A stretch of DNA of 64,000 nucleotides, from NCBI RefSeq assembly GCF_009914755.1, contig NC_060937.1; one strand, 5' to 3'. Of this stretch, positions 26,122-45,404 are shown piece after piece. The stretch comes from the human T2T-CHM13v2.0 reference genome, Homo sapiens. A model generated the notes under the pieces. The model made no database searches, was not told the DNA's origin, and saw only the letters and a list, made by a program, of their open reading frames with translations. Every line of letters starts with the position of its first letter. The first letter of the stretch is position 1. The translations under genes were made by a program, and so were the position numbers.

Positions 26122-27906
26122 ATTCCTTAAAATACTTTTAACTCTTATGATGCCTGTAGTGACATCCTCACTATCATTCTTGATATTGGTTATGTGTATA
26201 TTTCTTTTTCAGTCAGTCTTTCTAGAAGTTTATCAAATTTATTCATAAAATAACCATTTAGTTTCATTCATTTTTCTCTACTGCTTTCTGTTTTCAATTT
26301 CATCAATTTCCGTGTCTTGTTTGTCTTCCTCTTTTCTTCTTTTGGTATTTCTTTAGGTTGAATATAACATCACTCTTAGGAGACCTTTTATCTTTTCTTT
26401 TATAATCACTTAATGGTATATATTTTCCTCAAAATCATAGTTTAGCAGAATTCTACAGTTTGATATGTTGGGTTTTTATTTTCATCCAATTCAAAATATT
26501 TTCTAATTTGCCTTAGAAATGTTCCTTTTTGAACTGTTAATAATTTAGAAGTGGGTTATATAATTCCAAGTAATTAGCTTATTTTCATCTTTCCTGAATG
26601 TCATTTATGAATAAGTTTGTGTCTCTCACCAAATATAGGGTGTTTTTAGCCCTTAATTGCTTAACCTTTTTTTTTGCAACACATTTCTTTCTCCTTTCCT
26701 TCTTGGAGTTCAGTGAAACTAAAGTTAGATATTTTGTTATTGCCCCACATGTCTCTAATGCTCTAATTATTTTTCAATCTTTTGTCTCTCTACTTGTTGA
26801 AATTTTTTCTTTTAAATACTTTTAAGCAACTATTACCTAATTATCTCAATTCTGTGTTACGCAACCTGTTAGATATTTTTATACTTATTATATTTTCAGT
26901 TCTATTTTATATATGTATATCTTTGTGCTGAGATTATTTTCCTCTGTATTTACTTCAAGAGTCTTCTCCAGTAATATTTTGACATTTTTATAAATAGCTA
27001 TGTTTAAGCTATTTATAAAATTCCAACATCAGCGTTGTCTTGTCATTCATGTCTGCTGATTTTCTTTTGTGATATATGTAAAGATTTTCTTGGTTCTTGT
27101 TTTGGTATGCATTTTTGGTTTTACCATGTGCACTTAGAATATTGTGATATGAGGTTCTGATCCTTATTTAGTTTCTATGGAAAATGTTGACATTTTTGTT
27201 TTATCAGGCAGTCTACATGGTTGTATTTAGCTGGCACTTTCTTTCCAGGGTTTTCTGATGTTTGGTTTCAATGTTTAAGTTTCAAAAACTTTGAAGTGCT
27301 ATTCTGACCTATTCCACATGTGCATCAGTCAGTAGCTACTTTGGGGACTGAGCACTGGTTTGTCTCTTAGTTTAGTATTTAAAGTAATTTTGTGCTTTTT
27401 TAGAAGTAGATTTACACATGCTCCGTTGGGAGTGAATCCAAGAGTTTATTTTCCCTAGGTCTTCTCTCTCCGTCATCTTCCTGATACTATTTAAAACCTT
27501 TTTTAGGTCCTTCAGCTAAAAATGTGCGGCCTTATTCAGCCCCTCCTCAACTAGCACACAATTTTCTTTATCACACCTTCATCCTGGAACAAACAGCAGG
27601 AAGACACAAAGAGAAAAACTTCAATAGGCTTTGTACTAATTTCAGGCAGTACAGCTTTTTCAGCTGAGGAGGATTTTCCCTCTAAATCACAGTTTTCCGT
27701 TCTACACATTCTTATTGCCACTTTCACCATTGCCAGAAGAATCCTTTTCTCCAACCATGAGCCTGAACCAGAGGTTACTTCTGGCACTCTCTCTAACTGT
27801 TGTGATGTCCATTTCCAAGATTTTGGATTGCCTTGAGATCATGTTGAGGAATACTGGTGAGGGTGGTTGGCTGGGGAGGAAACTCACTGCTACTTAGTGA
27901 CAGTGA

Positions 27907-28362
<456 letters not shown>

Positions 28363-30111
28363 TAGAACCTACCTAATTAGTATATTTTTACAGCATCACT
28401 AAGCATGCTAGTTTGATATGGGAGTCTCTGTGTCAGGGATTAAAACAAAACAGCCTTAATTATAAATATGCAGACTCATGGATGTATTCTATATATTCTA
28501 CATTATACAAAGCCCTGAAGATAATTTAGTACTTGTTTGTGAGAGAATATAGACTTAATGGGGATCCGAACAACACAGCACCCAGGCTCACTCAGGTATG
28601 TCCTAGCATCATCAATTTGGAATTATTTGGAAATGAGTTTTTAATAGCCGCTATTTCTAATCCTGAATATATGCACTGCTGAAGGATTTATCCTGAACAT
28701 AATTCTCCAAATAAATTTCAACCTTAACATCCTGAAGTTCAAGGAAAACACAGCCACCTGGGTGAGAGTATAGGCTAACAAAAATGCCCCATGTAATGCT
28801 CAGTTTATGAAAGGCATAGTAGTAATAGCAGGAATAAACGGCTTAGGAACCATTCTAAAATATTTGAATAGCTAGAATTCTCCAATGTGGAAATTTAAAT
28901 CTAAAATAAAATAGTATTAAAATACTATACTAATATTATATTTTAAAAAGAAATGATGCGGGCTATGTTTGTCATAATATAACCCCATCCCTAAGGCAGT
29001 AAGAGATACTAAACTTAACCAAGTATCTATAATTCCCATGAGTAGTTATTATCTTATGACAACCATGCACTAGATTCACTTTGCTTCTATAATAGATGTC
29101 TGTATTGTGATAGAAAATGTAGCATAATTTTCTAGAAGATAAAATCAGTTTGACAGCAGTCTCAGTTTGTTTCACATGAAATAATCTAACATGTAAAATA
29201 TTTTCTAGCCAACTAGGTTACTGCTTTTAAATTTTCTCATTTATAAGTCAGCAACACTTTGGAGACATAAAAACCTGCCACTGGGCTTAATTCATGGGGC
29301 TCTGTGAACTATTAACGCATAGTTGACAAGACACTCACTTTAATGCTTTATGATATGTGTCATTTGACAAAATTGTACAGTACAATGAGAAGCTAAAATA
29401 AGCAAACCATCAATTAGTTATTTGTCTTTGGAGAATAAAATAGGTGTTTCATCCTAAAGGTCATACAATTTTGCTTTTATAGTAATATTCTGTAAAGTTT
29501 TTCATTATTTTTGGATTATGTGAGGATTCCTATTTCTAAATTCTAATTTATTTTATAAAGTTTGAGGGGATGTGTATTTGGTTTAGGAAAACTGATAAGG
29601 CTTTAGGTATTTCAAACTGCCAGGGATGTAATATAGGGAATTACAGTCTTAAAATAATGTCAGAAACGTTGGGGTAAGAAGGTCAAGGAATCCATAACCA
29701 CTGTTCAACTAATCAGGAAGTGCAGATATCACCAGGAGCCACTGAATAAGATGAGCTGCCTGCAGTCTCCAGCTGGGGGATTTGAAGAAGATGCCCATAA
29801 GCTACCAGCAAAACCTCACATCTGTCATCTGTCAAAGCCAATGTGCTTACTCACTACGGCTGCAGGGGCAAACCTGGCTTCTATTTCACTTTCCAATTCT
29901 TTACACAAGTGTCTTTTAACGGCAGAATTTAAACTGGAAACTTTCAGGCAAAACAGCTTTCCAGCCCCTGTAATATAGTAAAATGCTTATAAAGGAGGAA
30001 ATTGTCATGAGTACAAACAGGCAATAACATGCCACTCAGCATTTCTAAATACCCTTCCACTCATAATTAAAAGTAAAAGAAGATTAGTACTGTCTCAAAT
30101 CTTTGCTTATT

Positions 30112-30280
30112 GTACTAGTTTCCTGGGGCTCCTGTAACAAAGTATAACAAACTGGGTTGCTTAAACAACAGAAATTCATTGTTTCATAGTTCTGGAGGCT
30201 AAAATTTCAAGATGGAGGCTCAGCATGCTTGTTTCCTTCTGAGAGCTGTGAAGGAGAATTTGTTCCATGCCTCTCCCTAT
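30112..30280 (-). mobile_element. MLT1 (MaLR) LTR fragment
   Basis: tgtactagtttcctggggctcctgtaacaaagtataacaaactgggttgcttaaacaacagaaatt. Confidence 0.85.
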
Positions 30281-30289
30281 GGTCTCCAT

Positions 30290-31010
30290 ATAAATAAAGG
30301 TTTCATAAGTCAGCAGAAGGAAGGGTTGTCAGAGCACTTTCGCAAAGGACACACATCTGTGTCCAATGTATATGTCTTTTTCAGTGAAACAAAATCATCT
30401 ATGATGAAAGCCATCTACAATAAGTCCCTGCCACCTATATGACTGCTCCTCTAAGAAATGACACCATTTTGGACCTTCGGCATTGATCTCTGCTTTTGGA
30501 TATTGGAATCACTTCAGCCTTTGAGAAGAAAAATGTATTCAGTTGAATCTATACAAATACTTCCACTCCTAACAACATAATGACTTTGTTTTTGAGTTTA
30601 CTGAGCATAGGCTAGGATACAGAGAAAGAGGCTGACTGACTTCCACAAAATAAGTCATCTTTCTCACCTGATTGTCGATGGCCTCATCATTGTTGAGTGT
30701 ACATTCAGATGGGACACTAATTACTTACGCAGTTCATTTACCAAGATGCACAATGCAATCCTCTAGTCTTGTTTTCTCTAAATCTCCAGTCATTTAGCCA
30801 AATTATTAGCCACTTCAAATGAAGCAATGTCAAGCCACCTCCTTGAACAGTTCCTCTTTAGGAAAAATGGACATCAGATATACATTTTAGAGTCTCCTCT
30901 TTAGAAGGGTTCAGTTTCTCACTGCCTTTTACACCAATTATAGATCAAAGACTTTCTAGATTAGTGCAGCAGTTCACTTCTAGATGCTAACAGTTTAAGT
31001 GGATTCCAAA
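30290..31010 (-). mobile_element. Decayed ERVL-class pol (RNase H/integrase) remnant
   Basis: Minus strand aatcaggtgagaaagatgacttattttgtggaagtcagtcagcctct resembles ERVL NQVD.MT..V..SQPL; tttgtttcactgaaaaaagacatatac resembles FVLTGIDTY; frames are broken. Confidence 0.65.
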
Positions 31011-31260
31011 AAATCCCTGAAAATAGAGATATCTCTTTTCTTTGGTATTTCTTTTGGTAATTTTATTGTTGTAATTGTTCTAGTGGTAAATTTTATGCTA
31101 ATAATATAATAAAATAAATCATTTCTATACTATAATAAAATAAGTCATTTATATATTATATGCTGCCACATATGTGATTGCTTCCCTGAGAAATGTATAT
31201 AACATATTCATATATATATATATCTTCTGTCAATTTCTTTAATTTTTAGATATGAAAGTA

Positions 31261-31506
31261 CTTTTTTTTATACTTTAAGTTTTAGGGTACATGTGCACAA
31301 CATGCAGGTTTGTTACATATGTATACATGTGCCATGTTAGTGTGCTGCACCCATTAACTTGTCATTTAACATTAGGTATATCTCCTAATGCTATCCCTCC
31401 CCGCTTCCCCCACCCCACAACAGGCCCCGATGTGTGATGTTCCCCTTCCTGTGTCCATGTGTTCTCATTGTTCAATTCCCACCTATGAGTGAGAACATGC
31501 GGTGTT
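31261..31506 (-). mobile_element. L1PA (PA4/5-like) 3' UTR, 5'-truncated
   Basis: tactttaagttttagggtacatgtgcacaac...; TSD tgaaagta at 31253-60 and 31507-14. Confidence 0.93.
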
Positions 31507-31554
31507 TGAAAGTAAATTTAATCTTAAGATTTTTCTCCATTTCTTAAAAGTGTG

Positions 31555-31668
31555 TTTTTTATAAAACTTTTATTTTAGTTTTAGGGACACATGTGTAGGT
31601 TTGTTATATATGTAAATAGAATGTTGCAGGGATTTGGTGTACAAATTATTTCAGAACTCAGGTAATAA
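31555..31668 (-). mobile_element. Old L1PA/L1PB 3' end fragment
   Basis: ttttattttagttttagggacacatgtgtaggtttgttatata...ggatttggtgtacaaattatttc. Confidence 0.7.
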
Positions 31669-32909
31669 AAAGTCATCCGTTCTCAATTAATTGGATTTTG
31701 TAAATAAATTGGAACCCATTAGAAGACTTCTTCCTCATCTTTTTTTGCTTTAATAATATCTGAATTGAGAATTATTTGGACAATGTGTTCTGTTTATTCT
31801 TAGTCTTTTGTGTTTCAAACAGACTTTTACTCAGGCATGTCCAAGTTTATACTTCCTATTTTTATTTCCCATACATCTGAGTGTCAGCCTATTTCCAAAT
31901 TGTTCCTGAGTTTCCCAAATGTTTTCACATATATGAAGAATGTTTAAAAAGATGCACAAGTTCTCTTGAAGAAACACAAGAGCCTTCTTTCATAAACAGC
32001 TGGATATGGGTTGTAGTAAACATTTCCTTTTATGTATAGATATTTGAATATGTTGAATAAACCTTTTATAAGCCACTACATTCCCAGAACCCCCAGTCCT
32101 ATGGGTATCAATTAAATTGTATTGAAATTTGGGATATTTACATTGTGTATTGAATTGCATGTAAAAAAGTAGACACAGCAACACTAAAAACAAAATATGA
32201 TGAGTAAAAAGCACAAAATTAGATGTAGCAACAAATCCAAATATATCACTAATCCAGAAAAATGGATAAGAGATGAATATGTTAGGTTAAATGAAGAGGT
32301 TGTAATCTTGCATTAGATAACAGCATTATTTATATCTGTTTACAAGAAACAAATTCAAAACTTAAAGGAAGTTTATGGGATGGAATAACTTTGACAAATA
32401 CTTAACAACTATTGGTATACACAAAAATTTTTAAATAAAGTTTAAAAAGTGAACTCACAGAATATTTCAGGCCAATATTTTAGGCCAATTTAACAAAAGA
32501 TAAAAAATATGCCAAAGCACAGTACAATCGATGATTTTTTCTTATAGCATATAAAGCAAAAATTTCAGAATTTCAGCCCAGGCAACAATTGGTTATTATA
32601 CATCATTTTCTATTACCAACAAATAAAAAATATTGTATGTAATAGCTCACAAAATCTGCCTATATATTAGAAAGGCAAAAGTCTGCCTTCTAATATTATT
32701 TGTAGTCAATAATAATACAATCAAAACCCTATAAATTTAAAAAAATATTAAATCACAATAAAATTGACTGGCTAAAAATGTAAGTGGCATAAATACAAAA
32801 ATATTTACATTTGAAAACAATCTTTGTATATTTAAGCATTTGAAATTCTAATTAGTTACAGTTTTTAGGCTAAACATTTCCATTTGTGATCTTGAAAATT
32901 AAAATCATT

Positions 32910-37215
<4,306 letters not shown>

Positions 37216-37922
37216 TAAATGCACTAAAAATAAAATCGTTTTCAGTTATACAACTCTAAGTTTTCACAAGATTAAGCAAAAAAATTATTGAGGACCAAGG
37301 GGATTTAACAAAAATCAGAGACACAATTCTCTTGGGGTTTCTATTGAATTCCACACAGGATTTTGGAAATAAGAATATTAAGATAATTTATAATCAATAC
37401 AAAAACAAATTCAGTAAGACATAAGTTAAGGAAGTAGCTGTGACAGACAGTGAGGAAAGTAGTCTAGTTGTGTTCTTGAGCCCAAAAAAATATTTATGGT
37501 GAAAGGAAATGTGCAAAGAAATTATGGTATTATTTTATTATTTTTTACTTCTCATATATCATTTGCATAAACATTACTACTTTTTAGAGCAAATGTTGGC
37601 TATATTGTTTATCATTATTAACCATTTTTTTCTTTACTTGCACACATCCTTCTGATGTTAACCTGAACCAAGAGCTAATACATAACTTGAAATAACACAC
37701 AGATAAAGTAGGATGTGTCTGCACATCCCTCTGCTTTTATAGACATCCTTCAACCTCCACCTCCATAAATCTTGGAAGGAAGACATTGAACAGCACAGCC
37801 CTCCCATTATTTGCCGAGTTATATGAAGAAACAGAAACAAAATTAAGTTTATCCAAACAGGTTAGATTACCATGGATGGACTCATCCCACCTTGTTTGCA
37901 ATTTCATTTCTTGCTATAAAAT

Positions 37923-38733
37923 ATTTTTTTTAAAACTTTTATTTTAAGTTCAGGGGCATATGTGCAGGTTTGTTGCATAGGTAAACTTGTGTAATGGGGA
38001 TTTATTGTACAGGTTATTTCATCACCCAAGTGTTAAGCCTAGTATCCATTAGTTATTTTCCTGATACTCTTCCTCCTCTCACCCTCCATCCTCTGGTAGG
38101 CCCCAGTGTGTGTTTTTCCTCTCTATGTGTCCATGTTTTCTCATCATTTAGCTCCCACTTACAAGTGAGAATATGTGATATTTGGTTTTCTGTTCCTATG
38201 TTAGTTTGCTAATGACAATTGCCTCCAGTTCCATTCATGTTGCTGTGAAGGACATGATCTTGTTCTTTTTTATGGCTGCATAGTATTCCATGGTGTAGAT
38301 GTACTGCATTTTCTTTATCCAGTCTGTCACTGATGGACATTTAGGTTGATTCTATGTCTTTGCTATTGTGAATAGCACTGCAATAAACATATGCATGCAT
38401 GTGTCTTCATAATAGAATGATTTCTATTCCTTTGGATATATACCCAGTAAGGGATTGCTGGATTGAATGGTAGTTCTGCTTTTAGCTCTTTGAGGAATTG
38501 CTACACTGTCTTCCACAATAGTTGGGACTAATTTACACTCCCATTAACAACATATTAGCATCTTGTTTCTCCACAACTTCGCCGGCATCTATTATTTTTG
38601 GACTTTTAAATAATACTAGCTATTCTGACTGGTGTGAGGTGGTCTATCATTGTGGTTTTGATTTGCGTTTCCCTAATGATCAGTGATGTTGAGCTTTTTT
38701 TTTCATATGATTGTTGCCTGCATGTATGTCTTC
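37923..38733 (-). mobile_element. L1PA13-16-like 3' portion with 14-bp TSD
   Basis: ttttaagttcaggggcatatgtgcaggtttg...; TSD tcttgctataaaat at 37909-22 and 38734-47. Confidence 0.92.
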
Positions 38734-40109
38734 TCTTGCTATAAAATCTTAAGGAAGTGTGAAATGTATTGTTTTTCTGACTTAAATTTTCACATTTTTA
38801 GGCCACATTATTTTTTAAGATGGTTGAAGTTTATTCTTAGACAACAAATATGTTTCCTAAAATCAAACATATTGTGGACCTTTTAATAATCTCAAAGTCA
38901 ATTATGAAGTCAAACATTAATTAATTCTTGGTTCCCTAATGCCATGAAAGAATTATTCCATTTGTCTTAGTAGCTCATATCTTTACAGAGCACCTTATTG
39001 ACTGAGAAGATATTCCTAAATATATTACAACTGTGTTATTTAGATATTTTCTTTGCAGTTCAATTTCAAATTAACTTTTTTCTTTAGCAGTTTGAAAAGG
39101 GTGATCGTAAGGGATTGTTAGCAGATGTTCCCATTTAAAAATCAACCATCAAAAATTAGACATATATTTTATTCTAAAACTTTTTTGTACTACCTAGAAA
39201 ACATATGTTAATTAATTTCATGTAAAAATATAAAATCACATGTTTTATATCCCATTCCTATTAATGGTTTTATTACTTTAATACTTACATGTCTGAAAAA
39301 AAAACCTTATTTTACTTGGGAAGCTATCTGAAATGATATGCATACATAAAGGCATGGTTTAGCTCAGTCACTTAACATCTCATCATTTATTTCTTCAGAG
39401 TTTATCACTCCTGTATATTTTAGCACTGGTCCTTTAGTGCAGAAAAATTTTTCTTCATGACTATTTGGTCTAGAATCAAACCATCTCCTCATATTATTTG
39501 TGTTTGGTTACAATGCAGTTTAAACAGTGTGCTCAACTACTAGTAGCTTAGTTACAGCTTGTCCATCTGTAATTCAATATTCCCAGTAAAATTTATTAGA
39601 AAATGTAGTTACCTTTGTGATAAAACAAGATAAAAATGGCCTACTACTAATAATCAAAACGGTTTGAAACATGGCTCAGAAAACCAGCAATTAGTTATCA
39701 CTAATTAAGGGTTCCAAACTAGATGAATCATTTAACTGTTGCAGTCACAACAATAGCATATTTCAAGTGAAGGGATTGAAACTGATTTCCCTTCAAAAGC
39801 AAAGTTACAGTTTTCTGTAAGTGTGAAATTCTGAAAAGTTCACTTCTTTAATTCTGGAACTTCATTTCACTGTACTCTTTTCTTTTAAAAAATAAATATT
39901 AGAATTTTATTTTCCTCACAAGATAACTTGCAAAATCGTACAAAGGACATTATTGACAAATAGTTGTCTTTATGTTATGACACATAAATACACATACACG
40001 TATTTGTGTATCTAGCTGTTGAAAGATATTGACACAAATATAAGTGTAGGTATTTGTGCAGATGCAGGTATTTTATACATGAGTTAAAAACACGCTTTCC
40101 ATTATCAAG

Positions 40110-40325
40110 CTTTACAGATTTGAATCCCAGATCCACAGCTTCTTATTTGTGTAAACATGCGCAACACTTTTATTTCCTCCAAAGCTCAGTTTTCTCCTTT
40201 CTATATGTCTAATAATACCCATTTCTTAGGTTTGTTGTTAAGAATAAACCACATAATTCACGCAAAGTTCTTAGCACTAAGCATGGGACATATTATATGT
40301 TAACTATACTTTAGCAATCATTATA
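40110..40325 (+). mobile_element. MIR
   Basis: tttgaatcccag...gctcagtttctcc...gttgttaagaataaa...aaagttcttagcac core. Confidence 0.75.
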
Positions 40326-40433
40326 ATTATATTGCCATCAGATAATTTCTGTACTGCTTTTGTTAACATTCTCCCTGAGAAATATGTACAGTCACAGTAA
40401 ATTTGAGGCAATCCATACGTTTCTGTTTGCTAG

Positions 40434-40853
40434 TGAAAGGAGTTAGCCAGCTTGCTTTAGGCAGACAGTAAGGGAAGGGTGCCCTGGAAAACCTCGGACC
40501 TACCCCACAAGCGCTTACACCAGATGTTTTGGGCAGATAAGGGAACATGCACAGGGTGCTTGCCTAAACATGCCCGCAGCGGACTGAGGACCCGCATGCG
40601 CACTGGGGGATGAGATCGCGCCACCAGGAATTCACGCATTGTGCAAAAAAGGAAACCAGCCTCATCGGCCTTGTATTTTGTAAAAGCCCTTGAATTCAAC
40701 TGTGAAGGGGGCAACCGGGAACCTGCTTTCAGGACCCCTCTCTCTGCTGAGAGCTTCTCCACTGACTCTTCGACGTCTCCCTTCCTGTTTCTTCTAGGTC
40801 ATGAGACAAGAACCCGGACCTAGCTGAGCTAAGCAGTAAAAAATATTCCATCA
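40434..40853 (+). mobile_element. MER61-like ERV1 solo LTR
   Basis: TG...CA termini, perfect 4-bp TSD ctag; gcttgcctaaacatgccc and caggacccctctctctgctgagagct motifs. Confidence 0.85.
40543..40575. promoter_or_regulatory. Candidate p53 response element (3 half-sites) within LTR
   Basis: GAACATGCAC-agg-GTGCTTGCCT-AAACATGCCC vs RRRCWWGYYY: 9/10, 9/10, 10/10. Confidence 0.6.
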
Positions 40854-42004
40854 CTAGGACACGGGTAGTTAATCTGCATCTCCTAGAGTAACAAAGTGGG
40901 TTAAATGAAACAAAATGAATCAGGACAAATGGCCTCTTTGTCATATTTTCACTGGTTCCATGTCCCTTCTAGAACCTCTGATTGCAATATTAATAATAAC
41001 AATACTTCCCATAACTTAAGGAAAAATACAGTTTTTCCCCACAAGGAAGAACTGGCCTACTTACAAAAACCATGTCCTTCTTTCTTATCTGAAAGCTGCT
41101 AGATTAAAGGAGAGTTGGGAGAAGGACCTGGGCATATGTTTTGACATCATCCACATGGAAGATAGGAAAGAAAAGAGTCCTGAATAAGATAACAAGTTAC
41201 AATAAAAGATAACAGTTCTCTATTTAAATGCCACTCTCAGAACCTGATGAAATTGTGGGCACCAGAAAGAAAGCTTATAATGTAGAAGGCTTTATGTAGT
41301 GTGGCTAAGTAGTATTTTGTAAACATTGTTAATAATTACGGCAATTGGTTAGATTAAAATGGATAGTGACATTAAGATAGACGAAAATAAAAAATTTATT
41401 ACTGATATTTGGAATTGCACCAATTTTTTGGCTCCTAAGGCCAAGGTTTTCTTCTGTTCTATAAAAGTTGGCAAAGGCATATTGCTAATTTGGAGACATG
41501 AATTAGCAATTCTTAGATACTTTCTCATAATAATAGAAGTTTCTAAAGTTCTATTATTAGATTCACAATCTAATCTTTATTTAAACTATATTTACAATAT
41601 ATGGGTCATATGATAATTTGGGGCTTAAGTGATAATAGGAGTAGAATCTGAATAATATAAGAGCATTTTCTTGTGTAAATGGTGGTCTTATATTATTAAT
41701 GTAATATGCAAATTTTCCTCATTATGTTATTTATATAGAGAGGGTCTATAAGGCTGTAATTAATACATTAAGTCCTATTAGAATGGTAAAATTAGATCAT
41801 GAAAAGAATTCTGTAACTACCAATAGTTTTCCAGTCAGGTTGATAGTTGGTGGTAAGGCTAGATTTAGTTTGGCTAGCCAGTACTCATCATGTTGCTATG
41901 AGAGGAAGTAATGTCTGTAGTCCACGAGCTAATGTATAATTTGAAAATGAATTTGAGTTTAATATCTATATATTATATATATGCCATATATCATATGTAT
42001 ATAT

Positions 42005-42260
42005 GTCAGTAACCAAAAGAAAACTAAAATAACTATCTTAATTTCAGACAAAGTGACATCAGAACACAGAATATTCTCATATTTAAAGGGGGATATATAT
42101 ATATATAATGATTTTCAAAAGGACATAAATATCCTAAATGCATATACATCTAACAACTGAGCTTAAAAATAAGTAAAGTAAAAACTGTAATATCTAAAAA
42201 TAAATAGAAAAAATCACAATGATAGCTGGATACATCAAAATTCCTTTCTCAGGAAATATT
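42005..42260 (+). mobile_element. L1M ORF2 endonuclease fragment
   Basis: aaccaaaagaaaact...atcttaatttcagacaaagt...atcctaaatgcatatacatctaacaac resembles NQKK...LISDK...ILN.Y..NN. Confidence 0.7.
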
Positions 42261-43590
42261 TAAACTGTTGTTCTGGATCACAGATTATATGTATGTGTAC
42301 ATATATACACACACTCATATATATACACGTTTTGATATACATACATTTTATTTAAGAAGCTTAATCTCTAGCAGTTTTAAGCAAGACAATTGTAATAGCA
42401 GTGTCATAATGCAATCATAGATAAATAGAGGAAATGCTTATTTCTCCTGCCGGGGCTATGAAGTAAAATGTTTTATAGGTCGCTTTGGAAAGATCAAGGT
42501 ATGCAATCTGACTACATGTTTCAGTATTGTTTCCTATTTGTTGAAACCCACAGGCCAGTTAGTTAACCTGTCTGGATTTTATAATTTCAGCTTAAGTGTA
42601 ATTATAAATAACACAGTTATTTTAATGAAAGTAAAGATTTAAAACACTAAAATTTATAATCATCTTTTGGATAATTAATATTATCAATGTCAATATTATG
42701 AAATTTTCTTTAAAATGGGTAGATAGTGGAGATGAAGACAAATGGAATTTCTTACAAATCATGCTTTATTTGCTCTAAACACCATGTATATGCTACTAAT
42801 ACCAAATATGTCTCCCCGGCCAGGAGGTTTTTCCTAAACTTTTGAGTCATAGTCTACTAGCTACTTACTGTCTCCGATTAGATTTCGATAAGGTATCCAA
42901 ACCTAATATGTCTGAAACCTCTTTCAAATCTTCTCTTCCCAGAGATTTTCCCATCTCAGTAAATAGAAATTCTTTCTTTCTAGATTCAGAAGTCCAAATC
43001 ATTTGTGCCATTTTGGAATTTTTCTCACCTCGTGTCTTCTGTTCCAAATCCAGAATCCTGCCACTTTCTACTGCTGTAATCAGTATGGGAAAGCCACCCT
43101 CCTTTCCCACCTGAATTATTGAAAAAATACTGTAAAAACACTACCTAATTTCTTACTTTCCTGTCTACAGAGCCATCAGCATGTTCCTTTTGATATGTAT
43201 TTTATCTCAGGTCAAAATTCTGCCCTCATGGCCTCATCTCAGTCAGATCAAAAGTTTTCCCATGCCAAACATAAGCTTATATATTCCCATTTTCTGTTAT
43301 CATCAGAACATCATACCCTTTTTTTTTTTCTTCTCCTCCACCTCACCCTGCACCACGCGTTCTTTTTATGGATCTAGGTCTCTCACCTCAGATTTTTTGT
43401 ACTTGTTGCTTCTTTCTCTGGAGCTCTCATCCATCAGATAACCACATGGCTTAGACCAAATTTTAACTATCAGCAAGATCTTCCCACGAAACTGTTTAAA
43501 ATATCAATATTTCCTTTCAGCTGCCCGGGAGTAATTTCTCATAATTTTATGTTGCCTCGTCTTCCACTTTCAATGCAAGTTTAATTTTTC

Positions 43591-44667
<1,077 letters not shown>

Positions 44668-45404
44668 TATTCCTTCTCATTCTTTCCATTATCTTTTTCC
44701 ATAGCGCATACTACCGAACTTGCTATGTTTTCCTAATAAATTATATTTTATTAAATGAATAGTTTATTTACTTATTTATTTATCTCATTTATGCCTTACC
44801 TGGTTTTTATTCCTACTAAAATAAATACCCATTATTATAGCAGTGACTGACACATAAGAGGTTATTGATAAACACCTGTTGAATGAATTAATGAGGCAAA
44901 GTTCTCTTCTATATGAATAAACTTGATTTTCATAAAGATATTCAAATTCTCTAATCCTGCATTCCTGACCAGGGATTTGGGTCATAAAAACTTTTGCTTT
45001 CTATATTTTGTTCCTAATGTGTTAAAATTATTGAAGATGGACATCCACTTGCAATGTTTACTTGGTTTTTAAAATAATGCAAATAGAAGCAGGCATAATT
45101 TTTAAAAAATATGTGACTCACATGACTGATTATTATAACAATAAGAAAAATAGTTATGAAATTAGAACCCAAATTAATATACCTGGACCAATTAGTGAAG
45201 AAAAAGATACTAATAGGAAAACATTGTCAACAAAAATTAAAGTCTTAACTAGAAAAGTTTTGACTGGAATTTAAAAAAATATATAGAAATAGGACCCTGA
45301 GAATAAGGTTGTTCTGACTGTAGGATAATCAAGGTCAAACAAAACTTAGAGCTAAACAGTGAAATTATATTGCAATATTATTAGCTTCATACCTTACTCT
45401 ATTC

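Noticed and set aside
27551-27897. ORF cluster resembling a processed pseudogene fragment
   Set aside because: No protein recognised, no poly(A)/TSD; position fits the 5' region of the surrounding antisense L1M. BLASTX would settle it.
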